17,931 nucleotides of DNA from Candidatus Hydrogenedentota bacterium. Lineage in GTDB: Bacteria; Hydrogenedentota; Hydrogenedentia; Hydrogenedentales; JAEUWI01. The stretch is taken from assembly GCA_034669905.1 (NCBI GenBank), contig JAXMOL010000083.1, forward strand, positions 1-17,931, given 5' to 3'. A program made the translations under genes and the position numbers. This document shows, one piece after another, positions 1-8,752 of this stretch (its first letter is position 1; the number at the start of each line of letters is the position of its first letter). The notes under the pieces are model-generated. The model saw only the letters and a list, made by a program, of their open reading frames with translations. It searched no databases and had not been told where the DNA came from.

Positions 1-633
1 TTGCGACTATGTGGAGTGTGCAAGCTTGCTTGTACCCTGACGTAGTGAGCTTGCTCGCGTCGCTACCTGCGGATACGTTGTGCCATGCAGTTCCTTGAGG
101 AGGAGGGGGACAGCCCCGACGGTCACGCTGGTGCGGTTGGAGCAAGGGCGTGAGTTAACCACGGGGGCGCCCTGCGTGGGGTAGGGGTTCCACGTCGGTG
201 CAGTCCCCGCGTTCGCGACTATGTGGAGTGTGCAAGCTTGCTTGTGCCCTGACGTAGTGAGCTTGCTCGCGTCGCTACCTGCGGATACGTTGTGCCATGC
301 AGTTCCTTGGGAGGAGGGGGACAGCCCCGACGGTCACGATGGTGCGGTTGGGGCAAGGTCGTGAGTTAACCACGGGGGTGCCCTGCGTGGGGTAGGGGTT
401 CCACGTCGATGCAGTCCCCGCGTTTGCGACTATGTGGAGTGTGCAAGCTTGCTTGTACCCTGACGTAGTGAGCTTGCTCGCGTCGCTACCTGCGGATACG
501 TTGTGCCATGCAGTTCCTTGAGGAGGAGGGGGACAGCCCCGACGGTCACGATGGTGCGGTTGGAGCAAGGTCGTGAGTTAACCACGGGGGCGCCCTGCGT
601 GGGGTAGGGGGTTCCACGTCGGTGCAGTCCCCG
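1..633. repeat. Tandem array of three ~211-213 bp near-identical mosaic REP-like units (runs off the left edge)
   Basis: GCGACTATGTGGAG recurs at 3, 215 and 426. Each unit has the double hairpin GTGCAAGC-TT-GCTTGT(A/G)C / G(T)GAGC-TT-GCTCGC, then GGGGACAGCCCCGAC (106, 317, 529) and the inverted GTCG(G/A)TGCAGTCCCC (194, 405, 618). Confidence 0.95.
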
Positions 634-637
634 CAGT

Positions 638-1423
638 CTACTGCGCGTAGACGAGGCCCCGGACCTGGGCGTGGACCTTTTCGAAGTCCCGTTTGGTCGA
701 CGGTCCGCCGGCTTTTACCGCCACGAAATCGACCCGGGTGGTCTTCTTGGTGGGGGCTTTCCAGGATTCGGCATCGAAGACACCGAGCAGTTCAAAGCCG
801 GCATTGACCAACAATTTCTCCACCAGCTCGCGGGGGTAAATCCGCTCCGCAATGACGCTGGCAATGCCCGTGTTAACCCGGACGTGAGACTCGGCGATGG
901 CGCGTTTGTGGTCGTAGTGACTGGTCCAACGGCTCGTGAATCCGTCGTTGTCTTCGTCCCACTCCTGTCCTTCAAAGTGCTCCGTCACCATGCGCTCGGT
1001 GATGACGTCGGCATAGAGGATGCCACCGGGACGGAGGGCGCCATAGAGTTGCTCAAAGGCCCGGGCCAGTTCGTCTTCTTCCAGCAGGAAATTGAGGCTG
1101 TCAAAGAGGCACGTAATCAAATCGGCCGACTCGTGGAAGGGCATGTTGCGCAGGTCGGAAACGGCCAATGGCAGGCGCGCGTCCTTTTTCTTGCCCGTGT
1201 GGATCATGGCGGGAGAAAGATCGACGCCCATACTGTCCCAGCCGGTCTTGCGCAGTTTCTCGACCAGCGTGGCCGTGCCGCAGGCCGCGTCGAGGTGGCG
1301 GAAGGGTGTGGGGGCCAACTCCGCCAGGGCCGCCGTGATGAAGAACCAGCGGTCGTAATTCACATGGTCCATGAGGGGGTCATAGTACCGCGCGAGATCT
1401 TCGAAGGCGTCGGGCTGGGTCAT
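638..1423 (-). CDS. Class I SAM-dependent methyltransferase (YqeM-like)
   Basis: Motif I HLDAACGTA, GVDLSPAMI, DLITCLFDSLNF, LRPGGIL. ATG at 1423 (MTQPDAF) overlaps the yqeK stop in an ATGA arrangement, so the ORF-track extension to 1717 is unlikely. Confidence 0.9.
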   Translation of the reverse strand: MTQPDAFEDLARYYDPLMDHVNYDRWFFITAALAELAPTPFRHLDAACGTATLVEKLRKTGWDSMGVDLSPAMIHTGKKKDARLPLAVSDLRNMPFHESADLITCLFDSLNFLLEEDELARAFEQLYGALRPGGILYADVITERMVTEHFEGQEWDEDNDGFTSRWTSHYDHKRAIAESHVRVNTGIASVIAERIYPRELVEKLLVNAGFELLGVFDAESWKAPTKKTTRVDFVAVKAGGPSTKRDFEKVHAQVRGLVYAQ

Positions 1424-2007
1424 TGGGGATAGGCCTTCCGCAGCCAGATCAGGAAAGCCTGGAGGTTGGGATCCACCACGGTCTTGTTCTGCTGAAAGGC
1501 GAGCTTCTTTTCGCAAACAAAATGGAGGGCCGCATCGAAGCCCTGGTTGCGCACCAGCGCCCGTGCCTGGGCCGCTTCCGGGAATCGCCGGGTGGGCTCG
1601 CTGAAGTCGGCCAGAAAAAGGAGTTGCCCCAGGCGGTCGAGATCGGGCCGCCCGGTCGTGTGCCAGTAGATGGCCTCGTACACAGAGTCCGACGGAATGT
1701 CGAGATCGCGGCGGCACTCTTCGGCCGCAACGGGGCCGTGGAGGAGCAGGGGTACTTCCGATGCGGCTTCGCTCACCTGCAGGCCATAGCCCCGGGCGCG
1801 ACGGAGTAGATCTTCATTGGCTTCCGTGCGACACAGATCGTGGAGGAGTCCGGCCGTGACGGCGGCATCGTGGTCCACGTCAATTTTTTCCGCGAGGGAC
1901 GCCGCGTATTCCGCCACAAAGATACAATGGCTCACCTTTTCTTCCGGGAGCCGGTCGCGGAGCAGGTGATGAAATTCTTTGTAGCGGGCCATCTTAGCTA
2001 TGGGCAC
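1420..2007 (-). CDS. yqeK: HD-domain symmetrical diadenosine tetraphosphate (Ap4A) hydrolase YqeK
   Basis: SHC...AGLLHDLCR...LLHGPVAA...AIYWHTTG...LFLADFSEPTR pattern; directly downstream of nadD. GTG start with AAAGG 8 nt upstream; alternative ATG at 1992. Confidence 0.9.
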   Translation of the reverse strand: MPIAKMARYKEFHHLLRDRLPEEKVSHCIFVAEYAASLAEKIDVDHDAAVTAGLLHDLCRTEANEDLLRRARGYGLQVSEAASEVPLLLHGPVAAEECRRDLDIPSDSVYEAIYWHTTGRPDLDRLGQLLFLADFSEPTRRFPEAAQARALVRNQGFDAALHFVCEKKLAFQQNKTVVDPNLQAFLIWLRKAYPQ

Positions 2008-2578
2008 GATAGAGGCCTTTCTCGGTCACAATACGTTGTACGCCGGCGGGCAGGACATCCGCCACACCACCGCCGGCAATCAGGCGGTTGCGCACGTCGG
2101 TAGAAGAGAGTTTACTTTCCTCAAAGGGCAGCATTTCATAGTGCCCTTCGAGGGCATCGGCAATTGGTTGCTTCGTGCCGGGTCGGGGCAGGACCAGCAA
2201 GCGCACTTCGTCCAGGATATCGTTGGTCTTATACCAATTGGGCAGATCCACCAGGGAATCCTCCCCAATGATGAGTAAGAACTCCGCATCGGGATACTGT
2301 GCGCGGAGGGTCTTGACCGTATCCGCCGTATAGGACGGGCCTTCGCGGTGCAACTCCAGATCACAGGGACGGAGTCCCGGCTCGTCGACCAGGGCCGCTT
2401 CCACCATGGCATAGCGCAGGTTGGCATCGGTAATATCTTCCGCCCCTTTGTGGGGCGGTGTGGCGGCCACGACAAAGAGCACCTCATCCAGCGCCTTGTG
2501 CTTCAGGGCGGCGCGGCCGATGGCGACGTGGGTGGTGTGGATGGGGTCAAAGGTACCGCCAAATATGCCAATGCGCAA
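1994..2578 (-). CDS. nadD: Nicotinate-nucleotide adenylyltransferase
   Basis: MRIGIFGGTFDPIH, PPHK, GPSYTADT, IIGEDSL..LPNWY, LSSTDVR, KGLY. TTG start 4 nt after the proA stop, with GGAG upstream. Confidence 0.95.
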   Translation of the reverse strand: MRIGIFGGTFDPIHTTHVAIGRAALKHKALDEVLFVVAATPPHKGAEDITDANLRYAMVEAALVDEPGLRPCDLELHREGPSYTADTVKTLRAQYPDAEFLLIIGEDSLVDLPNWYKTNDILDEVRLLVLPRPGTKQPIADALEGHYEMLPFEESKLSSTDVRNRLIAGGGVADVLPAGVQRIVTEKGLYRAHS

Positions 2579-2582
2579 CGAC

Positions 2583-3836
2583 TTACTCCCGAATCTGGCC
2601 GTTGCCGCGGATGACGTATTTCTGGGTCGTCAATCCTTCCAGCGCCATGGGGCCCCGAACGTGGAGCTTGTTGGTGCTGATGCCGATTTCGGCCCCCAGG
2701 CCAAACTCAAAGCCGTCGGTGAAGCGCGTCGAGGCGTTTACATAGACCGTGGCGCTGTCCACTTCATCCAGGAAGCGCTCGGCCGCCTCGTAGCCTTCGG
2801 TCACAATGGCGTCTGAGTGGTGGGATCCGTATTCGTTAATGTGTTCAATGGCCTCGTCTAGAGACGCCACAATCTTGATGGAAAGAATCTTGTCCACGTA
2901 TTCCGTGCGCCAGTCTTCCTCCGTGGCTTCACCACAGTTGATGAGCTGGCGGGTGCGGTCGCAGCCCCGGATTTCGCAGCCCAGGCTGGCCAGTTCCCGC
3001 GCGATCTCGGGGAGATACATGGGCGCGGCGTTTTCGTGAACCAGCAGCGTCTCCATGGCGTTGCATACGCCCGGCCGCTGCATCTTGGCGTTGATGACGA
3101 TGGACTTGGCCATGGCCTCATCGGCGTCTTCGTGGATGTAGGTATGGCAGACCCCGTCGAGGTGGGCAATCACCGGAATGCGCGATTCATCGTAGATGCG
3201 CGCAATCAGATTCTTGCCACCCCGGGGAATGATGACGTCAATATACTTGTCCTGCTTCAACAAGGCACCCACGGCGGCGCGGTCGGTGGTGTTCAATATC
3301 TGCACCGCGTGTTCGGGTACGCCCGCTTCCCGGGCACCTTCGATAAATATCTGGGCAATGGCCGTGTTGGAGTGAAAAGCTTCCGAGCCGCCACGAAGGA
3401 TGCAGGCGTTGCCGGATTTCAGGCACAGGGCGGCGGCGTCGGCGGTGACGTTGGGCCGACTCTCGTAAATCATCCCCACCACGCCGATGGGCTGGCGGAT
3501 TTGGGCCATGCGCAGGCCGTTGGGGTGGACAAACTGCTGGGTGATATTGCCCACGGGGTCCGGCAGCGCGGCGACCGTGTCCAGACCCGCAGCCATGCCT
3601 TCGATACGGGCATCGGTCAGTTCGAGGCGGTCCAGCATAGCGCTCGACAGCCCTTTTTCCCGGCCGACTTCCAGATCCTTGGCGTTTTCGGCCTTGAGCC
3701 GGTCGCCTTCGGCGCGGAGGCGCTTCGCGATCTCGATAAGCGCCGCGTCCTTCACGGAGCGGGAAAGGGAGCGCAGCTTGTTGGAGGCCGCCCGGGCCTG
3801 ACGCCCGATTATGTGCAATTCTTCGTCAAGACTCAT
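2583..3836 (-). CDS. proA: Gamma-glutamyl phosphate reductase (glutamate-5-semialdehyde dehydrogenase)
   Basis: IYESRPNVT, LKSGNACILRGGSEA, IIPRGG, RPGVCNAMETLL, VNASTRFTDGFEFGLGAEIGIST. ATG at 3836 gives 417 aa, a typical ProA length. Confidence 0.97.
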   Translation of the reverse strand: MSLDEELHIIGRQARAASNKLRSLSRSVKDAALIEIAKRLRAEGDRLKAENAKDLEVGREKGLSSAMLDRLELTDARIEGMAAGLDTVAALPDPVGNITQQFVHPNGLRMAQIRQPIGVVGMIYESRPNVTADAAALCLKSGNACILRGGSEAFHSNTAIAQIFIEGAREAGVPEHAVQILNTTDRAAVGALLKQDKYIDVIIPRGGKNLIARIYDESRIPVIAHLDGVCHTYIHEDADEAMAKSIVINAKMQRPGVCNAMETLLVHENAAPMYLPEIARELASLGCEIRGCDRTRQLINCGEATEEDWRTEYVDKILSIKIVASLDEAIEHINEYGSHHSDAIVTEGYEAAERFLDEVDSATVYVNASTRFTDGFEFGLGAEIGISTNKLHVRGPMALEGLTTQKYVIRGNGQIRE

Positions 3837-3972
3837 AGGGATATTCCGATAGATCGACCCCGTTTCGGACGAAACCGGGTATGTTACATCACAGCTTCCC
3901 CCTATTATGCCATAGCGCGGGGTAGCCTCGCATGTCGCAGGTCGCGCCTTGAGATGCGTACACCTTGAACGC

Positions 3973-4030
3973 ACCCTGTCCCGCAGTAGCGGAACCGTAG
4001 GCAATACGACGGGGGACCGTCGTAACGAGC
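3973..4030. repeat. 58-bp palindromic direct repeat, copy 1 (REP-like, second family)
   Basis: ACCCTGTCCCGCAGTAGCGGAACCGTAGGCAATACGACGGGGGACCGTCGTAACGAGC; hairpins CCGC-AGTA-GCGG and TACGACGG-GGGA-CCGTCGTA. Confidence 0.9.
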
Positions 4031-4252
4031 AACCAGGGAAAGTTTAGGGCCGTGCCGCGCGATCCCGAGGTACGAGGGTTCGTGCGCGTGGAGCAGAGGC
4101 ATCATGGAAGCAATCCAAGTATGCCCTGGGTGGGCGTCTGTTCGTTTTTTGCAGCCCTTACCGCGGGTCATAGACGCGCCGGAGGCGGGCGGTATCGCCG
4201 AAGGCGCAGCATGTCGTCGACCGGAACATGCTGCCTGCAATCCTTGCCCGAA

Positions 4253-4310
4253 ACCCTGTCCCGCAGTAGCGGAACCGTAGGCATTACGACGGGGGACCGT
4301 CGTAACGAGC
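4253..4310. repeat. 58-bp palindromic direct repeat, copy 2
   Basis: 57/58 identical to 3973-4030 and 280 bp downstream; stem TTACGACGG/CCGTCGTAA is perfect here. Confidence 0.9.
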
Positions 4311-4416
4311 GCCTAAACCTTGCCCCTTCCGCCGAGAGAATCGTTTGCCCCGCGCGTCGTGCCGTGCCTATACTCAGGTGTTCTGTATGTCATTGACCCC
4401 GAAAGGAAAATTCACC

Positions 4417-5004
4417 ATGGCCATCAAGCCGTTCTATTCCTGTGTTGCCGCAACCCTCCTTGTGACCAGTCTCGGCGTTCAGGCCGAGACGCCCCCGGAA
4501 AAGCCGCGACCCTTCAAGGGCGTGGTGCAGACCATCCCCGGTGTGGTAGAGGCCGAGCACTACGACGAGGGTCCGGCCGGTCTCGCCTACTATGATGTGG
4601 ACGAGAAAAACCACGGTGTGGACTACCGCGGCGAAACCCAGGTAGATATCGAGAAGCGTCCCGACGCCTCCAACGGCCACGGCATCGGCTGGATCCGTGA
4701 GAAGGAATGGGTGCGCTATACCGTCGAAGTGAAGACGGCCGGCGATTACACCCTGGAGATTCCCGTGGCCTCCAACAAAGCAGGCGGTACGTTCCATATC
4801 GAATTTGACGGCACCGACGTCAGTGGGCCCATCACCATTCCCGATACAGGCGGCTGGGACAAGCTCAAAACACTGACCATCAAAGACGTCACGCTCAAGG
4901 CAGGCAAGCAGGTGATGAAGCTCGTGATGGATAAAGACGGCGAGTCCGGCGGTATCGGCGATATTGATCTGGTGCGTTTCATCGTAAAGGCCGACGGGAA
5001 GTAA
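4417..5004 (+). CDS. Secreted stand-alone carbohydrate-binding protein (CBM6-like)
   Basis: AAGGAA RBS; signal peptide ending VQA; IPGVVEAEHYD, IGWIREKEWVRYTV, PVAS, DTGGWD, DIDLVRF are typical CBM6 segments. Confidence 0.85.
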   Translation: MAIKPFYSCVAATLLVTSLGVQAETPPEKPRPFKGVVQTIPGVVEAEHYDEGPAGLAYYDVDEKNHGVDYRGETQVDIEKRPDASNGHGIGWIREKEWVRYTVEVKTAGDYTLEIPVASNKAGGTFHIEFDGTDVSGPITIPDTGGWDKLKTLTIKDVTLKAGKQVMKLVMDKDGESGGIGDIDLVRFIVKADGK

Positions 5005-5036
5005 TCCACGCCTCACGGGGCGAAGGAATTCATGCT

Positions 5037-6008
5037 ATGAAAAGCTACTCACTTACCCATACCGATATCACGGCCTCCCGATTGATCTATGGCTGTATGG
5101 CCCTGGGCAGGCAGTGGGGTGAAATCGACATCCCCGAGGCCCGTGCCAAGACCGCAGCCATTATCGACGTGGCCCTGGAAGAAGGCATCAACTTTTTCGA
5201 CCACGCCGATATCTACGCCGATGGCCGTTCCGAGGAACTCTTTGGCGACGTCTTGCGGGCCAATCCGTCCCTCCGTGACCAGATGTTCCTCCAATCGAAA
5301 TGTGGCGTCCGCTTTGAAGGGAGCCCGGAGCCCACGTCACCGGGACGCTATGATTTCAGCTATGGGCATATCGTGCGTTCGGCGGAAGGAAGCCTGAAGC
5401 GCCTGGGTATCGAACAGCTGGATATCCTCTTGTTGCATCGTCCCGATCCCCTGATGGAACCCGACGAAGTGGCCCGGGCCTTCGATGCCCTGCGTCGGTC
5501 GGGTAAGGTCCGCTACTTCGGGGTGAGCAATTTCAGTGCCGGTCAGATGGCCCTGTTGCAGCGGAGTTGTTCCGAACCCCTGGTGGCCAATCAGTTGCAG
5601 CTCAGCCTCATGCACCATCATCTCATCAACGAAATCGTATCCTTCAACCAGACGGGCTACGAGTTTGTGGCCCATGCCGGGGTGCTCGATTACTGCCAGG
5701 CCCACGGGGTGCGTGTACAGCCCTGGACGCCCCTGGAGCGGGGCCGCATGTTTATGCCTCCTGCCGATGCGTCGCCGGTCTTGCTCGCTGTGGCGGAAAA
5801 GGTGGCCGCCCTGGCCGATGCCCACAACACCACCCGGGAAGCCGTGGTGCTGTCGTGGTTGCTGCGCCATCCCGCCGGGTTTCAACCGGTGGTGGGTACG
5901 ACCAACGGGCAGCGCCTGCGGGATTGCTGCCGGGCCGATGCCTTCTCCATGAGCCGGGAAGACTGGTACACGTTGTTTAACACGGCCCGGGGTGAGCCGG
6001 TGCCCTGA
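5037..6008 (+). CDS. Aldo/keto reductase (YdhF/YcsN-like)
   Basis: YGCM, FFDHADIY, QSKCG, LLLHRPDPLM, GKVRYFGVSNF, NQLQLS, WLLRHP, PVVGTTN; catalytic D/Y/K/H present. Confidence 0.93.
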   Translation: MKSYSLTHTDITASRLIYGCMALGRQWGEIDIPEARAKTAAIIDVALEEGINFFDHADIYADGRSEELFGDVLRANPSLRDQMFLQSKCGVRFEGSPEPTSPGRYDFSYGHIVRSAEGSLKRLGIEQLDILLLHRPDPLMEPDEVARAFDALRRSGKVRYFGVSNFSAGQMALLQRSCSEPLVANQLQLSLMHHHLINEIVSFNQTGYEFVAHAGVLDYCQAHGVRVQPWTPLERGRMFMPPADASPVLLAVAEKVAALADAHNTTREAVVLSWLLRHPAGFQPVVGTTNGQRLRDCCRADAFSMSREDWYTLFNTARGEPVP

Positions 6009-6068
6009 GCGCCAGCAAGCGACGATGACACGAATTGCCGGGGGTATTTTGGACAGGAGAAATAGACC

Positions 6069-7073
6069 TTGAATTTGAATTCGATTCGCTGGGGCATCCT
6101 CAGCACGGGTCACATTGCCGAACGCTTTGCCGAGGCCCTGAATGAACTGCCTGATGCGGAGTTGTCCGCGGTGGGGTCACGGAGCCAGGAATCGGCCCAT
6201 GCCTTCGCCGGGAAATATGGGGTGGCGCGGACCCATGGGAGCTATGAAGCGCTGGCGGCGGACCCCGAGATCGATGTGATTTATATCGGCACGCCCCACG
6301 CCTTTCACCTGGAAAATGCGACCCTCTGTATGCGGGCCGGGAAGGCGGTCTTGTGTGAAAAGGCCCTCACCATCAATGCGTCGGAAGCGGAAGAGATGGT
6401 GCGCATCGCCCGGGAAGAAAAGGTCTTCCTCATGGAGGCCATGATTCCCCGTCATGTCCCCCTCATGAAGCGGGTCATGGCCTGGGTCGCCGACGGACGG
6501 GTGGGCGACGTGCGGCTGGTGAAGGCTTCCCGCTGTGCCCGGGGCACGTTCACCGCGGAAGGGCGCCACATGAACCCGGCCCTGGGCGGCGGTAGCCTGC
6601 TGGACGTCGGTGTCTATGTGACGTCATTCGCCTACCAGGTTTTTGGTAGGTCACCGGTGGAAACGGTGGGGGTGGCCCACCTGGGTGACTTCGGGTCCGA
6701 CGAACAAGGTGTGGCCCTGTTGAAGTATGACGATGGCGCCATTGCCAATCTGAGTTACGCCCTTCAGACCGAAGCCGTGGCGGACGCCTATATCTACGGC
6801 ACGGAAGGCTACATCAAGATCGACGAGACCTTCGCCGTGCCCCACCGGGCAAGTCTGGTGAAGAATAAGGAAGTGGTGGAGGTGCTCGAAGAGCCCATAC
6901 GCAAGGACAACGCCCTCATCTATGAAGCGGAAGAGACCATGCGTTGCCTGCGGGAAGGCCTGTTGGAATCACCCTTTATGCCGCTGGATGAGTCCGTCGC
7001 CATCATGCACACCCTGGATGCGCTCCGAAGAGACTGGCCGATGCGGTATCCCAATGACGCAGGACGCCTATAG
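6069..7073 (+). CDS. Gfo/Idh/MocA family oxidoreductase
   Basis: IRWGILSTGHIA Rossmann start, DPEIDVIYIGTPH, GKAVLCEKAL, GGGSLLDVGVY. TTG start with AGGAG RBS. Confidence 0.93.
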   Translation: MNLNSIRWGILSTGHIAERFAEALNELPDAELSAVGSRSQESAHAFAGKYGVARTHGSYEALAADPEIDVIYIGTPHAFHLENATLCMRAGKAVLCEKALTINASEAEEMVRIAREEKVFLMEAMIPRHVPLMKRVMAWVADGRVGDVRLVKASRCARGTFTAEGRHMNPALGGGSLLDVGVYVTSFAYQVFGRSPVETVGVAHLGDFGSDEQGVALLKYDDGAIANLSYALQTEAVADAYIYGTEGYIKIDETFAVPHRASLVKNKEVVEVLEEPIRKDNALIYEAEETMRCLREGLLESPFMPLDESVAIMHTLDALRRDWPMRYPNDAGRL

Positions 7074-7209
7074 CTTACAAGGTGATTGCGGTTGCATGCT
7101 GCATGGACCCTTGCTACCATAATTACCGTCTACATCTGCGGGCAACCGTCCGGTTTCCCTACCTGTGGGGGGCGTCGCGCCCCCAAACATTCAGAAAGAG
7201 ATTGTTCCC

Positions 7210-8415
7210 ATGAAAGTAATGAAGTCCCTTGTATTGGCCATGTTTGTGATGGCCGTGGCAGGGCTGGCCCAGGCGGCCCCGAGCCACATCTATCTTACCT
7301 ATTCCGATGCCCCGGAAAGCACCATCGATATTAATATCATCGTGCCCCGTCAGGTCGACAACGTGTTTGTCTATTACGACACGGAAGCCCACGGCGAAGA
7401 AAAAGGTCAGTACACCCACCTCGTGAAGGCCCGCTACGTGAACACGCCCATGGAGTTGGCCGACCGGCGTGCCCTCTATGTGGCGACCCTGACCGGTTTG
7501 AAGCCGGGTACGGTCTACAACTTCCTGGTGGACGAAAAGAAGTATGGCCCTTCGAAGCCCCGCGCCTTTAAGACCTTACCCGGCGGCACGGAACCCTTCC
7601 GCTTTGTGAACGGCGGCGATATGGGGGTCGAAGACTTTGTGGTGCCCCTGTTGACCCTCGCCGGAAAGACGGACCCCGACTTTGCGATTATCGGCGGCGA
7701 CATTGCCTATGTAAACGGCCTGCTGGGTGGTTACAATCAGTGGGACAAATGGTTGGACAATTGGGACAACCACATGGTGACCACCGACGGGCGCATGATT
7801 CCCATCGTGACGGCCATTGGTAATCACGAGACCAATCGTTTCGATACGGATGATCCCAGTCTCAACGCGCCGTGGTACGTCAGTCTTTTCGGACGTCAGG
7901 GCGACGCGGTCTACTATGAACGTAAATTTGGCGACAACTTTGTTTTCTTCTCGCTGGATTCCGGTCACCTGACGCCCCACGATGGCGTGCAGGCCGCGTG
8001 GCTGGGTAGCGCGCTCAAGGCCCACGAAGGCATGAAGTACAAATTCGCGGCCTACCACATTCCCCTCTACCCGGCGCACCGCCCCTACGACGGTGCTGCC
8101 TCCGAGGCAGGGCGCGTTCACTGGGCACCCTACTTTGACCAGTATGGCCTCACGGTGGCGTTGGAGCATCACGACCACGTGATGAAACGCACCAAGCCCA
8201 TTAAGGGCGATAAGGTCGCCGAACAGGGCACGATTTATGTGGGCGATGGCTGCTTCGGCCGTGGCGCACGGGACATCGATCCCCAGCCCCGTTGGTACAA
8301 TGCCGTCGAAGGGGCCATTCCCCATTTCTGGGTCGTGGATGTGAAGGATTCCGGACTGGCCTTCAAGGCCATTGACCACGAAGGCTCCACCCGCGACGAA
8401 TTTACGTTGCCCTAG
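7210..8415 (+). CDS. Secreted purple-acid-phosphatase-like metallophosphoesterase (FN3-like N-domain plus calcineurin-like domain)
   Basis: Signal peptide ending AQA; LTGLKPGTVY; metal motifs GGDMG, GGDIAY, GNHE, YHIP, EHHDH. Confidence 0.9.
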   Translation: MKVMKSLVLAMFVMAVAGLAQAAPSHIYLTYSDAPESTIDINIIVPRQVDNVFVYYDTEAHGEEKGQYTHLVKARYVNTPMELADRRALYVATLTGLKPGTVYNFLVDEKKYGPSKPRAFKTLPGGTEPFRFVNGGDMGVEDFVVPLLTLAGKTDPDFAIIGGDIAYVNGLLGGYNQWDKWLDNWDNHMVTTDGRMIPIVTAIGNHETNRFDTDDPSLNAPWYVSLFGRQGDAVYYERKFGDNFVFFSLDSGHLTPHDGVQAAWLGSALKAHEGMKYKFAAYHIPLYPAHRPYDGAASEAGRVHWAPYFDQYGLTVALEHHDHVMKRTKPIKGDKVAEQGTIYVGDGCFGRGARDIDPQPRWYNAVEGAIPHFWVVDVKDSGLAFKAIDHEGSTRDEFTLP

Positions 8416-8442
8416 TTGCAGCGACGCACCGATAGATTGCAG

Positions 8443-8474
8443 ACACCCGTCTTCTCGTAAGGCGGGTGTTTTTT
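8443..8474 (+). terminator. Rho-independent terminator
   Basis: ACACCCGTCTT-CTCGT-AAGGCGGGTGT followed by a T run, 27 nt after the phosphatase stop. Confidence 0.85.
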
Positions 8475-8476
8475 GT

Positions 8477-8752
8477 GGGGACTGCACCGACGTCACGTAG
8501 GTGACAAACCACGGTTTTCGTCGTGGCGGTAAAGGCGGTATCCAACAGGGAAGAAATATTTTCCAGTCGGGGCTGTCCCCCTGCTCGCGGTGGTCGTGGG
8601 TCCTCATGTCCTTTGGGTCTTTTTCGTCCTTTAGGTCCTTTGGGGGAGGGGGACAGCCCCGACTATCGCGTGGTTGCGGGTGGCGAGACGTCGTGGGTAA
8701 ACCACGGGGTGATTTTGCGTGCGGCCGGGGTCATGTCGTCGGTGCAGTCCCC
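8477..8752. repeat. Complete 276-bp mosaic REPIN/MITE-like element with nested inverted repeats
   Basis: Perfect outer 15-bp IR GGGGACTGCACCGAC (8477-8491) / GTCGGTGCAGTCCCC (8738-8752). Perfect inner 18-bp IR at 8565-8582 / 8647-8664. Degenerate GTCCTTTNN repeats lie in the loop. Confidence 0.9.

Noticed and set aside
1..633. CRISPR array
   Set aside because: Units are about 212 bp and near-identical throughout, the short motifs are inverted rather than direct, and no cas genes are present.
1424..4004. N-terminal extensions of the methyltransferase (to 1717) and ProA (to 4004)
   Set aside because: They overlap yqeK or repeat DNA; downstream ATGs give family-typical lengths.
7165..7184. GGGGGCG-TCG-CGCCCCC hairpin upstream of the phosphatase as a terminator or riboswitch
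   Set aside because: Short stem, no U-tract on the + strand and no recognisable aptamer; insufficient support.
8492..8737. A single long hairpin across the whole 276-bp element
   Set aside because: Manual pairing of the L and R spacers fails beyond a few bases; only the 15-19 bp motifs are complementary.
8477..8752. Autonomous IS element
   Set aside because: No transposase ORF anywhere in the window and no consistent target-site duplication.
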